A stretch of 64,000 bases of DNA from Bugula neritina (GCA_964035545.1 OZ037765.1:18290995-18354994); one strand, 5' to 3'. Shown: positions 1-15,100, counted from the first letter of the stretch. Notes: generated by a model from the sequence alone, not told the origin. A program made the numbers and translations.

Positions 1-734
1 CCAATAACTTTGGTATACAATAGAGAAATTAACTTGTTATGCTTCTCTTCAAGGTTTGCATATACCAAGACAGTGGTGCACCCAAATACTTGCCAAGGGT
101 GCTTTTGTACACACACAAAACATGATAAAAAGCAAAGGAAATTATGAATCATAATAATTTATGTACTTGAATAACATATAAAAACATAATTTACTTTCTT
201 TTAAAATAACGCCTTCAACATTATGCGCATATACACACAATTCTAATTATGTTCTAAATGGACAAAAGCAAATAGTTATCAGCCCAAAAAGGAAATTAAT
301 ATTCTGGTTGCAGTGTTGAAACTATAAAGAGAAAGTTCTATTGTAGAGAATTAGGCAAGGCCCAAGAGTATCCTTTCATTGGTATAAAAAGTCCATAACT
401 TCTTTTGCTTCACTCAAAATGATTAATCCCGGTTTTTATTATAAATTAATGACACAAAGCTCTTTGATAATGCTAGTCTTTTGTTAGTATCTAACAAGTA
501 CTTTGGTTGTTTTCTAACTGGTACAATAGATTGCGAAAATTATCTCTAATTTACAGTCTTGAAACAGTTGTAAGTAATTGATGACTGCAAGGTACAATAA
601 GTTGAATGTGGTGCTTTTAATATAGCGTAATACCATGTGCATGCAGTTCAAAACAGTTAAATAACTAAATATAGACTCATTATTTACAAAAAATCACGAC
701 ACAATTATGTAAGTAAAAAGATAAATTATAATAC

Positions 735-3700
735 TTAAGTTGAAGATGATCTAGGTATGCATGTAAACTTCTCTACTATTTTTGTGCAATTGTCACATTT
801 CACTTCACAACACCAATGAAATTGACAGTTGCAAGTGGAAGTCTCACTGACTGAAACTTGTTTAACTTTGAGTCCACATGATTTACATAACCGGTTGCAG
901 GATTTCCTTTCCCATCGGTTTTCAGAGTGTCGCACTGAAGGTCTGGAGCAGGCTCGGCCAACCGCTCCAGATGTACCATAGTCACTGTTGGCTGTACAAA
1001 AGTTTGGCGAGTGCTCAAGATATACCAAATCTTGCTTTGATATCTGTAGAATATCTCTCTCGTCTCTTCGTTGAACACTGTTTCCCTTACGGAGCTGACC
1101 ATTTCGTGCATCTACCATTACAGCTCTAAAATATTTTCTTTTGAGATAGTCTCCAACAGTTCTAAATTCAGGCAGCTCTTTCCAGCAGGTCCTGATGCTG
1201 CAACTTCCAGATACACCGTGACATTTACACGTTAGCTTCAGCGTCCTTCTCACTGCCTAAAATCATCACCCACATGTATGCATAAATAAGAATTATAATA
1301 TAACTTTCTTTGAAGTTGAATGTAGAAGTAGTGTCTGCTCTGCATATATTAGTTTTAAAAAGGAATATTGATGCACAATACTCTACAGCGATATCTTTAT
1401 CAAACTTTTCGGTCATAAAGGAATCACAAATATTCTTATCTATGGTCTAAGGAACAGGAAGCATATTACAGTAATGCTAAGAAATATGAAATACCTTACA
1501 AGTGTTGTTTAATTAGTGTATAATGCATCTACTATTTCTTGTTATTATAGGTTATAGAGCATTAGCTTGAACTGCCTCTTTATAGAATCACCAACCATAA
1601 TCAGTATTAACTTAATTTATGATTTTAATTATTATTATTTACGGTGCTAATGCTTAGTGGCTCAGCAATTATCAATTAATTGAAGCATGTATTTTTACTT
1701 TCTTAATGCTTCCTAATAACCAGAAGCACAGGGAATGCAGTATATGGCAGAATTTCAATAGCCATATACTATGTAATTAGTGCTCTATATCATGTTAAAG
1801 TGCACTTTATACAGTGTAAAGCTTTATTTGAAGCACCATACCCTCCTTCCTGCCTCATTGTTGTGAAGGTTTACTATAGCTCTTTCATCCACACCAGTTT
1901 CTAAATTATCTATATACTGTTTAGATGCTTTTTCACCAAATACAACATTATCACTGCATCCTCCCCAATTCCAATCTTTATCACCTAAAATTATGCATGA
2001 ACTCTTTATAATATGATAATATATGTAATACAATATATTATTATAATATAATATTATAATAATATTATAATAATATAATATAATAATATATAATATAATA
2101 TTATAACTATATAATATAATAATATATAATATAATATACAGCACATATTGATTTATTCTATGTACATAAAAACAATGTGGCAATATGATCTTTGAGCGCG
2201 ACATATAACAGTAGCAGTAGTTGTTATAAAAAGTTATGTGATTATTGCATTTGCTAGTTACAAAATGGCAAAGTTCAAATGAAAGTATCATAAAGTTGCT
2301 GATATATTGTACTAGGAATAGTTAGCTTTCTCACAAGGATTTATATCTAAAATACATTTAGGTTTAGAAATATTATGTACAAGTATTATAATCTAATTTC
2401 TACATCGTAGAATATAAAACAAATATTATATTTTGTGTTTGTTAAGCATAAACACACATGGTTTTTTAATCCATGTGTTGAAGTAACATACTGTAGAACT
2501 GTCTGATTGTAAGGTTACACTATTTAACCATTTAATAAATACCCTGTGTATTAAATGTGTTATTTCACTGTTGGATTTTATCACTTAGTTTTCTTTAAAC
2601 TGTGGAATTTCAGAATGATTTTTTAACTTTAAAATGTTTTTGTCAACAAGAATTTAATTTACTTACATTCAAACCCTATCAGCCTGAGCTGCTTCTATTT
2701 TTTATGACATGCATTATTATTATTATAATTCTCTTTTACTTGGCTTCAAATTTTTCATTTATTTATGATTGCAATATATATTTTACTACTGCAAGTATTT
2801 AACTTAAATCAGCTTTTAGTAATTTTGTTAATCATGACTTTGGGCAAATATATATTATAGCATCAATTTACCATTTTAAAATAAACCTTGGAATTTACAG
2901 GATTGAAAAGCATGTTAACTGGCATCAGTTATAAATCACAATAAAGAAACAGCTCAAAGTTATCTAAAACAATATGATGTTGAAACACAAATCTGAATAT
3001 AACTGCTAAAGCTAGCTTCTCCTTTTCTATGCTATTACCTTGTTAAATTAGCATCAGACTTATATAATAAAATTCTGTTTAGCAAATTCTTACCACCTAT
3101 GCTACAACAAATAGATGTTACTCAAAGTTTATGCTTTGTTACATGTTTGTATTAGAGTTAGCAGTCTATATACCTTTAGACCCTGATTTGGAGCTGTCAC
3201 AGCTGCAGGTTTTAAAGTGGCCCATGCTGCAGTTTAATGTGAGAGTATACATCACACCAGCTGATATTATAGAGTATAGGAATGCCACCTCCCTTATAGC
3301 TAAAATATGAATATACTAACATTGTCATACATGTATAAATATACGAATGTTGTTATGTAAAATTTTTAGGTCACTATTATCTGTAATTAATAAGGTAACT
3401 ACATGTAAATTTCTGAAAATATATAAATATAACTTTATTCAATGACGAATATTACAAAAAATATATAACACATGTAGAATTTTGAATTTAGCAGTTTATC
3501 ATAAATGGAGCCTTCCATGAACATGCATTACTTATTATTTTCTTGCTGAATTCAATGCATCTTGCTTTCACCTGGGTATAGTGCTTGTTGCTAGGAAAGA
3601 AAGAAGTTAAGAAATGCATGTGGTGATTAATATAGTTTTAGTGCAGGATTATCTGTAGCCTACCAGTTGGCAGATGATTCTCACTATACAGTGAAATAGA

Positions 3701-6527
3701 TTCCTTGGGGCAGTTCCATTGGTCCCACATGAACTGATGATGACATTCTTCTACGGCCATCAAACCTCCGGCAGCGGCACTTTTGGAGAACAGAGCTGAT
3801 GCCTAAAATATGCACTTGAGTGAAATATCTCTGAGATAAATCAATTCACAAGGCAAATATTTTTGAAATCTATTGACTGCTATATAAATTGTCTAAAATT
3901 TGTCGCCAGTAAAATGTACAATATTGACAGTGGACTTAATAAGCTCAATGTCCAAAGAGCTCAATAATTCATGTGTTTGTAGAACTCTATTATTCTAAGT
4001 CAGCTATATTTAGAGAGAAGTCATTGTTGAAGGCTTCTCAGCCACTATTATTAATTCATGAGTGTTTAATCTTTTAAGTGGTTGACTATGGATAGGACTT
4101 TAATCCTTGGCTTTCCACGCACCTTTAACTTAATGCAAATATAAATCCTGTTGTCTAGTTTGAGCTACTGTGACAAATTATTGACTAACTTTTATAGTTT
4201 ACTAATAAATGACATCATAATTATTGGCTAAAAGTGGCACGACCTGCCAGTGCTAATAGCTCAAATACAACAATGTACTTGTTTTTTACTATTCAGCAAT
4301 TCAGTATATGCAGCTACTGAACAGTTATTAGTGATACACTAACAATCATCTTTCAAGAGTCAGTCAGCAAAGATTAAATCAGACTCGAGTGTGACCTGCG
4401 GCCAGTCTCCTTCCTTCCTATGGACAGCTTCAGCTCGCAGAAGATAAAATTATGAGAGCAGAAACTGGCTTATTCTTGGGCTAGTTTTTAAAGAAAACTC
4501 GTTTACCTCAATTATGCTGATAAACAATAGTATCTATTTAATCAGCCCCAGCTATGCTATCTTAGAATTAGCAGCCTTCAGCCTATCCATATCAAAGAAA
4601 GAAATCAAGTGAAATAATGCAAATCTGAAAACTTCCAGTAAAATGTGCCACAGGCCTACAAATTTCCTTTGACTTGAATTGTAATTGAATTTGTATTCCC
4701 AAACCGCATATTATAAATAATAAATACAAAACTTTAATGTTTCAAGATAAAAGAAAGTGGGTGCTGCTTGCTATGCAAATTGCATTGGCTAGACTAGTGT
4801 TCTGGTATGACACATCAAGTTCTATATTTAGATTGACGTAGAGCATACATTTTCTTGCTGCCAGCCTAGATCGATAGACAGCAATATTTTTACCTTTTGT
4901 CCTGCCATCATGAAGTTATTCACTGACCTAAAACAATACAATCATCATTAGTCATGCTGTATTTTAGACCTTAAACAGTTTATAAAAATTCAGTAGTTTG
5001 CCTACCATGTTTCTATATAGAGTGTTAGTTAAAAATACTGTAACGATACTATATATAATATTTAGATTTTAAAAGATTTGATTGATTCCCTGCTTTTTTG
5101 TAATGATTATACTACTATACTATTATGTGTATACAAAGTAGATCTCATCATAACTCAACAGGTGCTTTAGCATGCATGGCCTGAGTTACAGAAAAAAAGC
5201 TTGCAAGTTAATGTTGGCCCTTCAACCATTCAAGATACAAAAATAACAGTTTTACACCCTTTATCCTTCGTATAAACATTTATCCCTTTTTATCTATAGT
5301 TTCTCGATGATTTAAAAAAAATTACAGCTTGCACAGTCCAACAAAGTGTATTTAAACCTAAATCAGTTAAATAGTGGGTACTTTTTTTGCTTTCAGTTAA
5401 ATTTGTATATATATCTAGATAATGTATGGTGTAATTTAAAATACAACTTGTTTCAGGTAGTGGTAGTAGGCAAATATTTTAGGACCAATGGACCTTCAGA
5501 GCAATGGGCCTTCGGAGTATTGACCTGTCTCCCTTATAAGATGTAATCTAACAACAGCACAAAAGATCTTCCCCTGCTTACTAAAAGCAATCCTCCCACG
5601 TATGAAGCTTCAGTTTGTTTAGCAATAAATAATAAATGAAATTTTATTGCAAAAGAAATTTATACTTAAATGTCAATTTTCATAAATTTAAACAGGAACC
5701 CTTAGATATAAATGGGCTATACATGCAAGAGGTATGTGTACAATACTGTGTGCATTTTTGAAAGTGTGAAATTTAAACAGATATTTAAAATTTGTCAACT
5801 CTTAGGAAAAAAGATCTTTATGGATAATAATTGTATCAGTTTGAATATTAATGCACATAAATCTAAGAGCCATACCACCTATTACAGCCATGCCGTGTGT
5901 GAGCATAGCATATTTCTATGTGTAACATAATATATTTTGCAGCTGTTACTCAACTAACCACATCTGCAGTATGAACAGTTAAATCACAGCACGCATTGGT
6001 GAAATGATAACCATGCTTGTTATATGCTTCAAATTTTTTTAGTTCTACAATCTATTATAAAAATATTATAAGCAAAGGTTTTCTAGAGTAATTTTCATTA
6101 GTTTTTCAATGCTACAATTGCTAATTGTATGATTGGTAACTCATAAATTTAATATTCATTAACATTTTCAAATAATTTAGCATTCGTACTAAATAGAAAA
6201 TTATTTATGTATGTTGTATAATTTACATTCAATCAAATTTTAAAAAATGATCTGTTTGATAAATTCTTTGTGTTACTCCAGTAAAAAAAGTAATACCATA
6301 TCTCTTTACCCTGTCGAGTTGGCTTACAGGAAACATGACTCACTGTTAGCCAAAGGGTATATCAAATACTTACAGCAAATTTCAAGTATTTAGCAATTTA
6401 CAAGAATATCATAAAATTTTAATTTTGAAAGCATATGAAATAAAATCACTTACCAGGTAGTGTAGGTGTGGGAAAACTGGGAGAAGACAATAGTAATAAA
6501 CATGCAGGAAATCCATGTTTTAGCCAT
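735..6527 (-). CDS. WNT8: Wnt8 ligand; coding exons 6454-6527, 4894-4927, 3664-3802, 3174-3299, 1842-1984, 735-1256 (345 aa)
   Basis: Spliced translation MAKTWISCMFITIVFSQFSHTYTTW|SVNNFMMAGQK|ASALFSKSAAAGGLMAVEECHHQFMWDQWNCPKE...WNWGGCSDNVVFGEKASKQYIDNLETG...NLHNNEAGRR|AVRRTLKLTCKCHGVSGSCSIRTCW...CNCQFHWCCEVKC. It has a signal peptide, the Wnt cysteine pattern, the palmitoleoylation motif CKCHGVSGSC and the Wnt8-diagnostic WSVNNF N-terminus. All introns are GT-AG, phases are consistent and the total is 1038 nt. Confidence 0.95.
1990..2137. repeat. AT-only low-complexity tract ((TAA/ATAAT)n) in a Wnt8 intron
   Basis: Almost pure A/T with repeated ataatat/tataat units immediately upstream of the exon 5 acceptor. 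Confidence 0.8.
5470..5533. mobile_element. Probable terminal fragment of a non-autonomous DNA transposon with subterminal repeats
   Basis: Imperfect repeats (caatggaccttcagag / caatgggccttcggag / tattgacc) ending in ...tgtctccc, GC-richer than the surrounding intron. No partner end found. Confidence 0.3.
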
Positions 6528-6614
6528 TTCTATTTAAGGTTATGATTTACATACAGGTTGATAGTCTGCTTGATGGCTCAACTGTTTATAATTGCTACAT
6601 AATAGAGCAGCTCA

Positions 6615-6621
6615 TTATATA
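6615..6621 (-). promoter_or_regulatory. Candidate TATA box for Wnt8
   Basis: TATATAA on the minus strand about 90 nt upstream of the Wnt8 ATG. Weak evidence in AT-rich DNA. Confidence 0.3.
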
Positions 6622-6836
6622 TGTATCCTATAAGAGCATTGTAAGGTATATGTACTGCCTCTACTGCTGTAGCTCATACGTGACTGCTCAACCTCCTTAT
6701 TACTGACCAACAATAGTTCATATAAACATATTGGAATATAAGATATGCTACAACATAGGACTATGTAAATAGCACGCAGTACACTATACAAAGTACTTTT
6801 TATTTTCACTACCACATTCGGGTTCAAAATATTATC

Positions 6837-6845
6837 CCTTTGATG
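6837..6845 (+). promoter_or_regulatory. Consensus TCF/LEF site CCTTTGATG in the Wnt8 proximal upstream region
   Basis: Exact match to the CCTTTGATS consensus, about 310 nt upstream of the Wnt8 ATG. Confidence 0.35.
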
Positions 6846-9800
6846 TTTCATGACAAGTCCAATCTGGCCTGAGCTTTGAGCTAAGCTATTTGTTATTTAT
6901 AGTAAGATGTTTGGAATAGCAGTAGAAATCCTTATAAAATTTCAATTTCGATTGCAAACAAAGACATTTTTATGTTTTCTCTCTGGCACCAACAACATCA
7001 ATGTTGACTTAAGTTGAACGATAAAACAATTCAGTCAATATAAATCATGGCTGCCTGAAAGATCCCTGAGATACCTACAGGGTAAAATATTGTCAAGAAC
7101 TTGGCTTGGATGTACATGTATTATCTGTACACCTAAATTTTGTGTCTAGATCAACTTTTAATAAACTAAATTTTCTACCTTTTAATTGTTCTTGTACAGG
7201 ATCCAGCCTTTAACCTCCATAGATACAGGCAGCAAACATACTATGGTGGCTTTCCTGATGTCTCTAACTTGTGAATCTTACGCAAGAAAATAAATAACAA
7301 TATATTATGTAAAATAGAAAACATTCAATTGTTAATTTTCCTTTAATTATTTAAAATTTACATAATCACACTACACATGTTTATTTAGATCACCTAAAGA
7401 CAAAGGTTACAATTGTTTTAACCTCTTTTATGACTTATATAATTAATTTAGATATCAAGTTATAAGATCGAAATAAAATTGCAATCGCTGTAGCCTTTAA
7501 ATTCACAAAATTTACAAATATATATAAATTTTTCCTAATCATAAGCCATCTTTTATTTGATCAAATAGGAGCTACTATTGTAACACAGTCTAAATTATAG
7601 TCAGTAGACTATGTTGTTGTTAATCAAGTTTATAATTAAAGAATAGTTTACTTTTATGCTAGAACTTATGTTACTAATTTGATAACTACGAAGCTTGTAC
7701 TTAATGAAGTCCTTGGAAATGATAAATCTAACAGTTAACAAGCATTATATCATATTTGCTGCCTTCTTGAGAAACAATGGATTGAATGTCTGCCATAAAA
7801 AAATTCTTTTATATATTATTATTATAGAAGGAAATTAATTGCAAAAAATTACGTTATAGGAGGTAAGATACAACAACTTCATGTATTACAGTTATATTTT
7901 ACCCAAGTATGTCTTCTTTGAGCATTTCAAGCATGGTTTGTCTGCACCATAGAATAAGTTTTTACAGTATACAAATCACCATAACTGTTTAAATCTGCAA
8001 GCCTCTGGCTTCTCAGAGATGCAAAAAGAATGAGAAGTAAAAAAAGACCTCTAATAGGTTATTTTGGCAGCATTTAGCAACCTTCTAGCTGTGGTTTAAG
8101 TCTTACTTCATTTAGAATATAAGAAATAATTTGTAAATTGGCGTTTTTGTTTAATATTTTATTATACAGTTATACTTATAATATACCATATGGTAAAAGC
8201 ATTTATACATTTAGTATAGAGGCCCATTAAGCACACTAGAAATTTGAAAGTTTGCACTACAGCAATTTTTCAAGTAAATTATAATACTTCTAACACTTTG
8301 ACTTTCCGACCAATTTCAATCTACTCCTGTAGTTTGTTTTGTCTGTCTGCTGCTAACAAGTCATGGGTAGTAAAATAATCATTTTCAACAAATCATGATT
8401 CCTAGTTGCTAGGGTATGTCTTAAGCTCCGCCCTGGCATTCCAATATCTTGCAGCTGCAGTTATAAGCCTAAGTTGAGCCATTGTATCTAAATTTAAGGA
8501 CAGATGTTCATCTTAAAAAGACATAGTGTTTATAATTATTCAACAATTTTAGTGCAATTGATATAATAAATCATTTCAAAAATTATATATGCAGTTGCAA
8601 TTATACAATCCCACAAAACTACCTTTTGCACTAATCAGATGTAAAACAATCTATTGATCAGCTGTAAAAAACAATAATTAATTTCAAGAAAGTATTTCGT
8701 GTACCTCAAGACTTCTCCATCAAAGAAGTTATTGAATTGTTTCAACCTAAAATATTCATAAAACATATTCATTTTTTTATGCTTACAATGATACTATTTA
8801 ATATACAAGGTATTTAATCTTGTCTTGTTAAACAGCTTACACTTTACAGGTACTTTCAAACTACTGCAGGTGACCAAACTAATGTATATATAAATATGCT
8901 TATGAGAAACTTATTAACTTTAAAGTATTTGACTAAAATTAATGGAGCAAGTTTAACGGAGCCGTGCAAAGAGGAATTCTTGTACTTAACAAAAGTAGAG
9001 CATGTTAATTGTGAAGCTACGTTCAATTTAGAATTATATAGCATAATGTTGATATTGTCATTGGGATTGAAATGTTAGTAAGCTAACGTTTGAAGGCTTT
9101 TGTCTAAAAACAAATTTTTAGATTTTCAAATTTTCAGAATATAAAATAGCCTATTTTATTAGAAATCTTTTTAAAACTAAACTTGACTGAACTAAACACA
9201 AGCTTCTTAAAATAAAACATTTTGATGTTATAAACATTTAAGAAAATAGAAAAGAAGAGTCACTGATACATTCAAAAAGAAGATTTTATTTGAACAATGA
9301 CTTGTTAGAGAGTAAAATAAAGTTAGTTACTTTCTCATAGGTATTGGACAAACAATTCTATAGCGTAGGCTGTTGTACCCAGTATATAGTTATAATACAA
9401 GCTTCTATAATGCCATCACAATGATAGGCATACAACATTACACTAAATCTATAATAAATCATGATCTATACAGTGTTTACAGGATCACCAGCCCTTTGAG
9501 CAAATTTACTTTTTGCAGTGTTTGAACATTCCAGATATTAATGACCACATGCTAGTCTGGTTGTAGCCACTGCAGTAAACAAAGGACTGATCACTCTGTC
9601 TTATTTCACCTGTCGGATGCTCTTTTAACCAACTTCGGAAAAATATAAGTTACATGTCTTTCAAAAATTGAAACAACTCTGTATACTTTTGATTGTGGCG
9701 AAAGTGTAGACTGTGTACCTAAATTTTAATCATTCAATGCTGGTGTTATATATTATTCTTTAATTTTTAAAGGCAATTATAAAACTAAAAGTATAGTTTC

Positions 9801-12141
9801 ATAATTCTTCCATTTTTTATTGAAGTAATAAAACGTGCAGCTTATAAGCGTAAATAAATGAAGACAATTTACAATTCTTCTTCGATTAATTTCTTTGCTT
9901 TTTGGAGAAAAAATCTTTTGAGAATTTATTAAGAGTTGTCTTTTTTTGTGACACTAGCCTAAAATTTCATGTTGACATGCTCCAAACTTATTGTTCTAAG
10001 CTATATAACAATTACAATCGCAGCTACTAGCTGAATTATAAGTTTCATGTGACTGCATAGATTTTCAGTTTTTTTCAAGAGGCTGTCCCTTTGAATTTTT
10101 TCAGGTGACATAAATAGACAAAAAATTTTGAGCCAACTACAGCTATATGCTTATGAATTTTTTAGTCTTACTCTCATTTGTCAGTACTGTTGTATTTGTC
10201 AGTACTGTGAAGTAGGAGTTCTAAAAACACTATAATAGTTTTTAAATGGTTTTTTAAATAGTTTTTAAATTTTAAATGGAGTTCTAGCTGCACTAGATTT
10301 TTCAAATAAAGTGCAAAATATTTGTTGAGGTATGTTTGATAACTCCACAGTAAAAGCTAATTTTACAAAATTTCACCAACATCCCTGTTGTGAGGTAACG
10401 GGTCATATATTTAGAATTGTCTTATAACACATCTTTCATCTCAGTTTCAGTTACTATATGTGCGATGCTATAAATAATATGTTAAATAATAAAAAATAGA
10501 TTGCAGTAATATTGCAGTATGAAGTGTGTTAATATTTTGGATTAGTATTATATTTTGCAAGATATTCAGAAAACAAGCTTACCACATTTTACAGTTCTGC
10601 TAATAATAGGATAACTCTTAATGAAAGTGTTCAGATAGTTTGTAAAGGTAATTTTCTAAATCAAGAATAATAATGTTGTGATTCGGTGGGCACATAACTC
10701 CAAGTTCACATGATTTATTTTTTTGAAAGCCGGACTGCTAATTTGAGCTAAGTGTTAAAAGGCAAAGGATATACATTTGGTGAATTTGGAACTTTAAGCT
10801 GGTCAATTTATCTTTCAATAGAGAAAGGCAGAATGACTTATTACTGATTTTAATCAACATAAAATACATTACCGATATTATAGTTTAGAGTGTGTTGGAG
10901 ATTTAATGAGCCCCAATATTCACTATTTCTAAGCTTACATGCAAAAATTAATAAAAATATTTTTCTGCACTTGTGAGAATTGTTTTAAATTTTATTATAA
11001 GATATAGAAAAATATTTGCAGAAAATTAACCTATATATTATTTCTTGCAGCAACTAGCTATTTGAATGTAAAAGGTGTTGTCCTCTATATTCACCTATAT
11101 TATTAGTATTTGATAACAAACATACTCTTAATAGCTTTTAAACCACAATGCCAACTTTGTAAAAGAGACAACTTTGTTGCTTAGCAATTATGTTTTTAAG
11201 TAACTGAATATGTTGCAATAAAATGCTTTTATGAATTAATTAAGTTTGCCACATCTTTTAGGTATAGTTTTTTAAACATGTGTAAAAATAAATATAAGAT
11301 GGAAGTTGTTAGCCTATGCATGTACACTGTGCATGTACTGATTACTGTGCTGTTTCTATTATGGTACGTGTAGGTTTATTGGTTTTAGAAAGTGCCTGGT
11401 TAATATCTAAAGCTCATTTGCTGTTTTTAGAATTGAAACTTTTGACCCACACTTAGACTGGTAAAGGAAACTAAATGATGATTGAATTTATATTATGTTC
11501 ATAGCTTGGGCATAATATTATGGTCATCTTCTGTTGGCATTATGGATATTTTATTGTTATATTTACCTATTGGATTATAGTAAAAAGGCATTGTACGCTA
11601 TTGTCATATTACATAGCTGTTGCAATATATTAGTTGGCTGAGCCTAATGTTTTCATTTATCTGAACTATTTTTATATTACAGACTGCATATTCTATCTCC
11701 CAGCCTAACATATTATTACAACCTGTTATATAACTTAAAACATAATAACACGTTTTTCTAATCTTAATTGTCTGCTCAATTCGCACAAATTACAGTCTTG
11801 TTTGAGTATCGTTTGAGTATCAGTTTGAGATCGACTGATTAGATTACTATAGTTCATAGTTCACTCACCCAAAATATATTGTATACACTGCATTTCATTG
11901 GTCGCACACCCTGGTGAGCTAATACACCTGCAGTCACTCTCTATCTGTTGTAACCACCACCCAGTAGGTATTGAAGATACGAATTTTGATAAATGGTGAT
12001 TTAGAGCACTTGAATTATCAACTTATTCACTGTTCACACACTTGAAATTATTTTAATACCAGCAACGGAGAATCCAGCTCATTTGGCAACTTAAATTTCC
12101 ACTGAATAAGTTAAGGTTGTTAGACTTAGAAGTAATCTGTA

Positions 12142-15100
12142 ATGGGCTCAACTGTGATCATCAGCAAGTAAGCATATAATAATATAATCTATGTTATTTA
12201 ATATGTAAACTACTCAATCATGTAATATGCTTCATACATTTAACAGTGTATAATATATCATACTATGATGAAAGGTAGTTATAGAGTAACAAGATCCTAT
12301 CTACATAATCAATACTTATAAATAAGGCATAAAGCAAATTTAGGTACTATATACTGTAAAGCATTTCAAGAATTGCTAATCTTTCACGTTTGCCCTGCCA
12401 TTTCTAAAATGTCTAGTTTCCATAAGGAATCATGAGGTTTTCACTGCCAAATTATGTTTTTAAGCTATTACCATTGCAAAGTAAAACCTAAACCACTTTG
12501 CACAGCATAATAGTGAGTAATTAAACACAAATATATTATAAACAACTTTACTGGTAACCATAATATCAAAGATCCAGGTCAGCTACAGGTGCCTGTTTGC
12601 TGCTATCAGACAATATTTATTGTTACTAACTTTTTAAATTTTACTTTGACTTTTGCAGGACCAAGCTGATTGTTCTCTGCATGAGTGGAGCTGTGATATG
12701 CTCAGTAGTCGGCATAGCTTGCTGGTTTGGTAGAGGTCCAGGAAGCACTTCCAGTAATGCTAGTAAAAGCACTCAAAACCGAGAAGATTTCTTACCTGGT
12801 ACAGCACCATGGCTTAACCTTCACCTTCCAGCTTACACTGTCCCTCGGCATTATGACCTAGTACTCCACCCTGACTTCTATGGCACCAACAGTGTATTCT
12901 ATGGAAATGTGACCATTGAGATCGATATCAAACAAGCTACATGGTATTTACTTGTGCATATTAAAGATCTCAATGTGAAAGGTAAGCCAGAGAAAATGAT
13001 ATAGCGTCTTCACAACTATTTCTAATATTAGTTAAAGTTCTTGCGTCAGGCTTGTAGTAGCTGATTTATACTGTGTTTTATTGAAAGTTTCCAACCTAAC
13101 AGTGATGTAGCTATGTTATCTTTCAGGGTACTTGCACTGTTCACATGTTACATTGTATTCATAGTTTAATGTATGACATTAGGTTTTGCAGTGCTTAAAC
13201 AAGTCACTGGGTTATACAACTTGAAATCTTGCCAACCAGTTGTTGATATTATACTGATGTCAACACAAAGCTGAATTATGCATCTGGCAAAGCACAGAAC
13301 TGTTGCGTTGCTGATGTTTTGCTAGAAAAATCTGAACCACTAGCTTTGTTATGCTGTCATTAGCTAAGATAGCATAGTCTTTATCTGCCGAGGAGTTGTT
13401 TTTTTAGTAGCTAAGATAATAAACAATGTTTACACATAGTTTCTAGGTCAACCAGGAAAATATTACTCATGTGTTTTAGTCAAATCTGTCACAAACAAAC
13501 TTACCCAGTCTAGTTATGGTGTTTCTGATCAATGGGAATATGACCCAAACCAGTTTTATGTTGTGAAGACAAAAACTATGATAGAAGAATCCGCCACAGT
13601 TTTGCTGGAGTTACAATTTGATGGGTCGCTTTCTAATGGCATTGTGGGCTTCTACAAGGCATTTTATGCCAACAATACCAAGTATGCCTATAGCTAATAT
13701 CAATTTTTGAAACCTCACCTATTCTCACCTATCTCCGCTCTCTCCTGTTCTGGTAGTGGGAATAACATTTTTTAAATACTGTCTATAAATGTGCGTGTTT
13801 TCACCCTTTTTGTGAAAAAAGAGTTTCAGTCAATTCAACTTGATCAGTCAATTTTACTTTCTTATAGCTTCTTGTAAACTTACTGAAAGCATAATAGTGT
13901 GTAAGATCATGTTCTAATAGTAATAAATGGCTTGCTTAGTTGTTAATTGATGCCCTTTGCAAAAATACTGCATTCAATTTCATAAGATAATCAAAAAGTT
14001 TTTACTTCAACATACAAAGCATTATTTAAAATTTGGTAGTTAAAAAGATGAATCATTCTTATTGATTGTACCCTAAACATGTGCCAAGAAAAGAATTGCA
14101 AGACAATAATTTTATAATTTAAGAAATTTTGCTTAAATTGTCTTCTCAGCCAAATTAACTTTTTAATAAATAAACAAATAAACAATTATACCTTGTAATG
14201 ATACATTGATAAAAGAAACCACTCCAAACGTTGCAAAATACAGTATTTTCTGTGACACCAATTTTTAATTTCAAAGATTTGAATTTTGACCGGCGTACTG
14301 CTATTGAAAACCGCTTTCTAGCCGCAAGCTACTTTAAGTGTGCCATTATATTTTCCTGACCATTTAATATCACTCTAACTATCTATATTATCTGAAATAA
14401 AAGAAGTCATAATTTTTAGCTGTTTTAGTTTAACCCCCCTCCCCTCCCTTGATTTAATTATTGGTCTATTTATTCAGGCTTTCAGTCTTTTGATTGGTAA
14501 CCATATTTACCTAAGATTATTTTCAAAATATTAGATACTATAGACTTAAGTACGATATAATGCTCGCAATGCCATAAGAGTATTTCAAATATTATAGCTT
14601 CCTATGCAGTTTTCATAATGTATGCATCCTTATTTATTATATAACTAAAAAATATGTTCCGGATGTTCGTTACTTTAGAGCTATGGCCACTTCAAAGTTT
14701 GAGCCTGTAGATGCAAGGAAGGCTTTTCCTTGTTTTGATGAACCGAACCTGAAGGCAACTTTCACGACCACTTTGATACACAAACCTGATTTCACTGCCC
14801 TCTCCAATATGCCAGTGGAGGTAACTATGTGTTCTTGTTATGTCTGTACAGCACAGTGTGGTACGCTATTATATAAGTTATCATGTCAGTATGTTATTGC
14901 TTCTCTTACTGTATTATTCAAAACGTCCCATGCTTCTAATAGATCCGTACAGGATGCTCAGGTAGGTTTGCATTGCGTTAACCTATGGTTAAGGTTTCCC
15001 TCAGTTGACACTGTGCCCATGCACTGATTGAAAGATTCATTAGCATGTAGACGTAGTGTTTGTTTTACTCTATATCAAATCTGATGTACTTTGTATATTT

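Noticed and set aside
368-377. GTATCCTTT, a U12-type 5' splice-site match
   Set aside because: On the + strand opposite the Wnt8 3' region, with no + strand exon upstream. All modelled introns are ordinary GT-AG.
5005-5100. Alternative first Wnt8 coding exon ending TG|GTAG
   Set aside because: In-frame TAA a few codons upstream and no in-frame ATG. The 6454-6527 exon gives a proper signal peptide.
6900-11800. Hidden gene in the Wnt8-aminopeptidase intergenic region
   Set aside because: No coherent exon chain or recognisable peptide found by eye; more likely regulatory DNA and decayed repeats.
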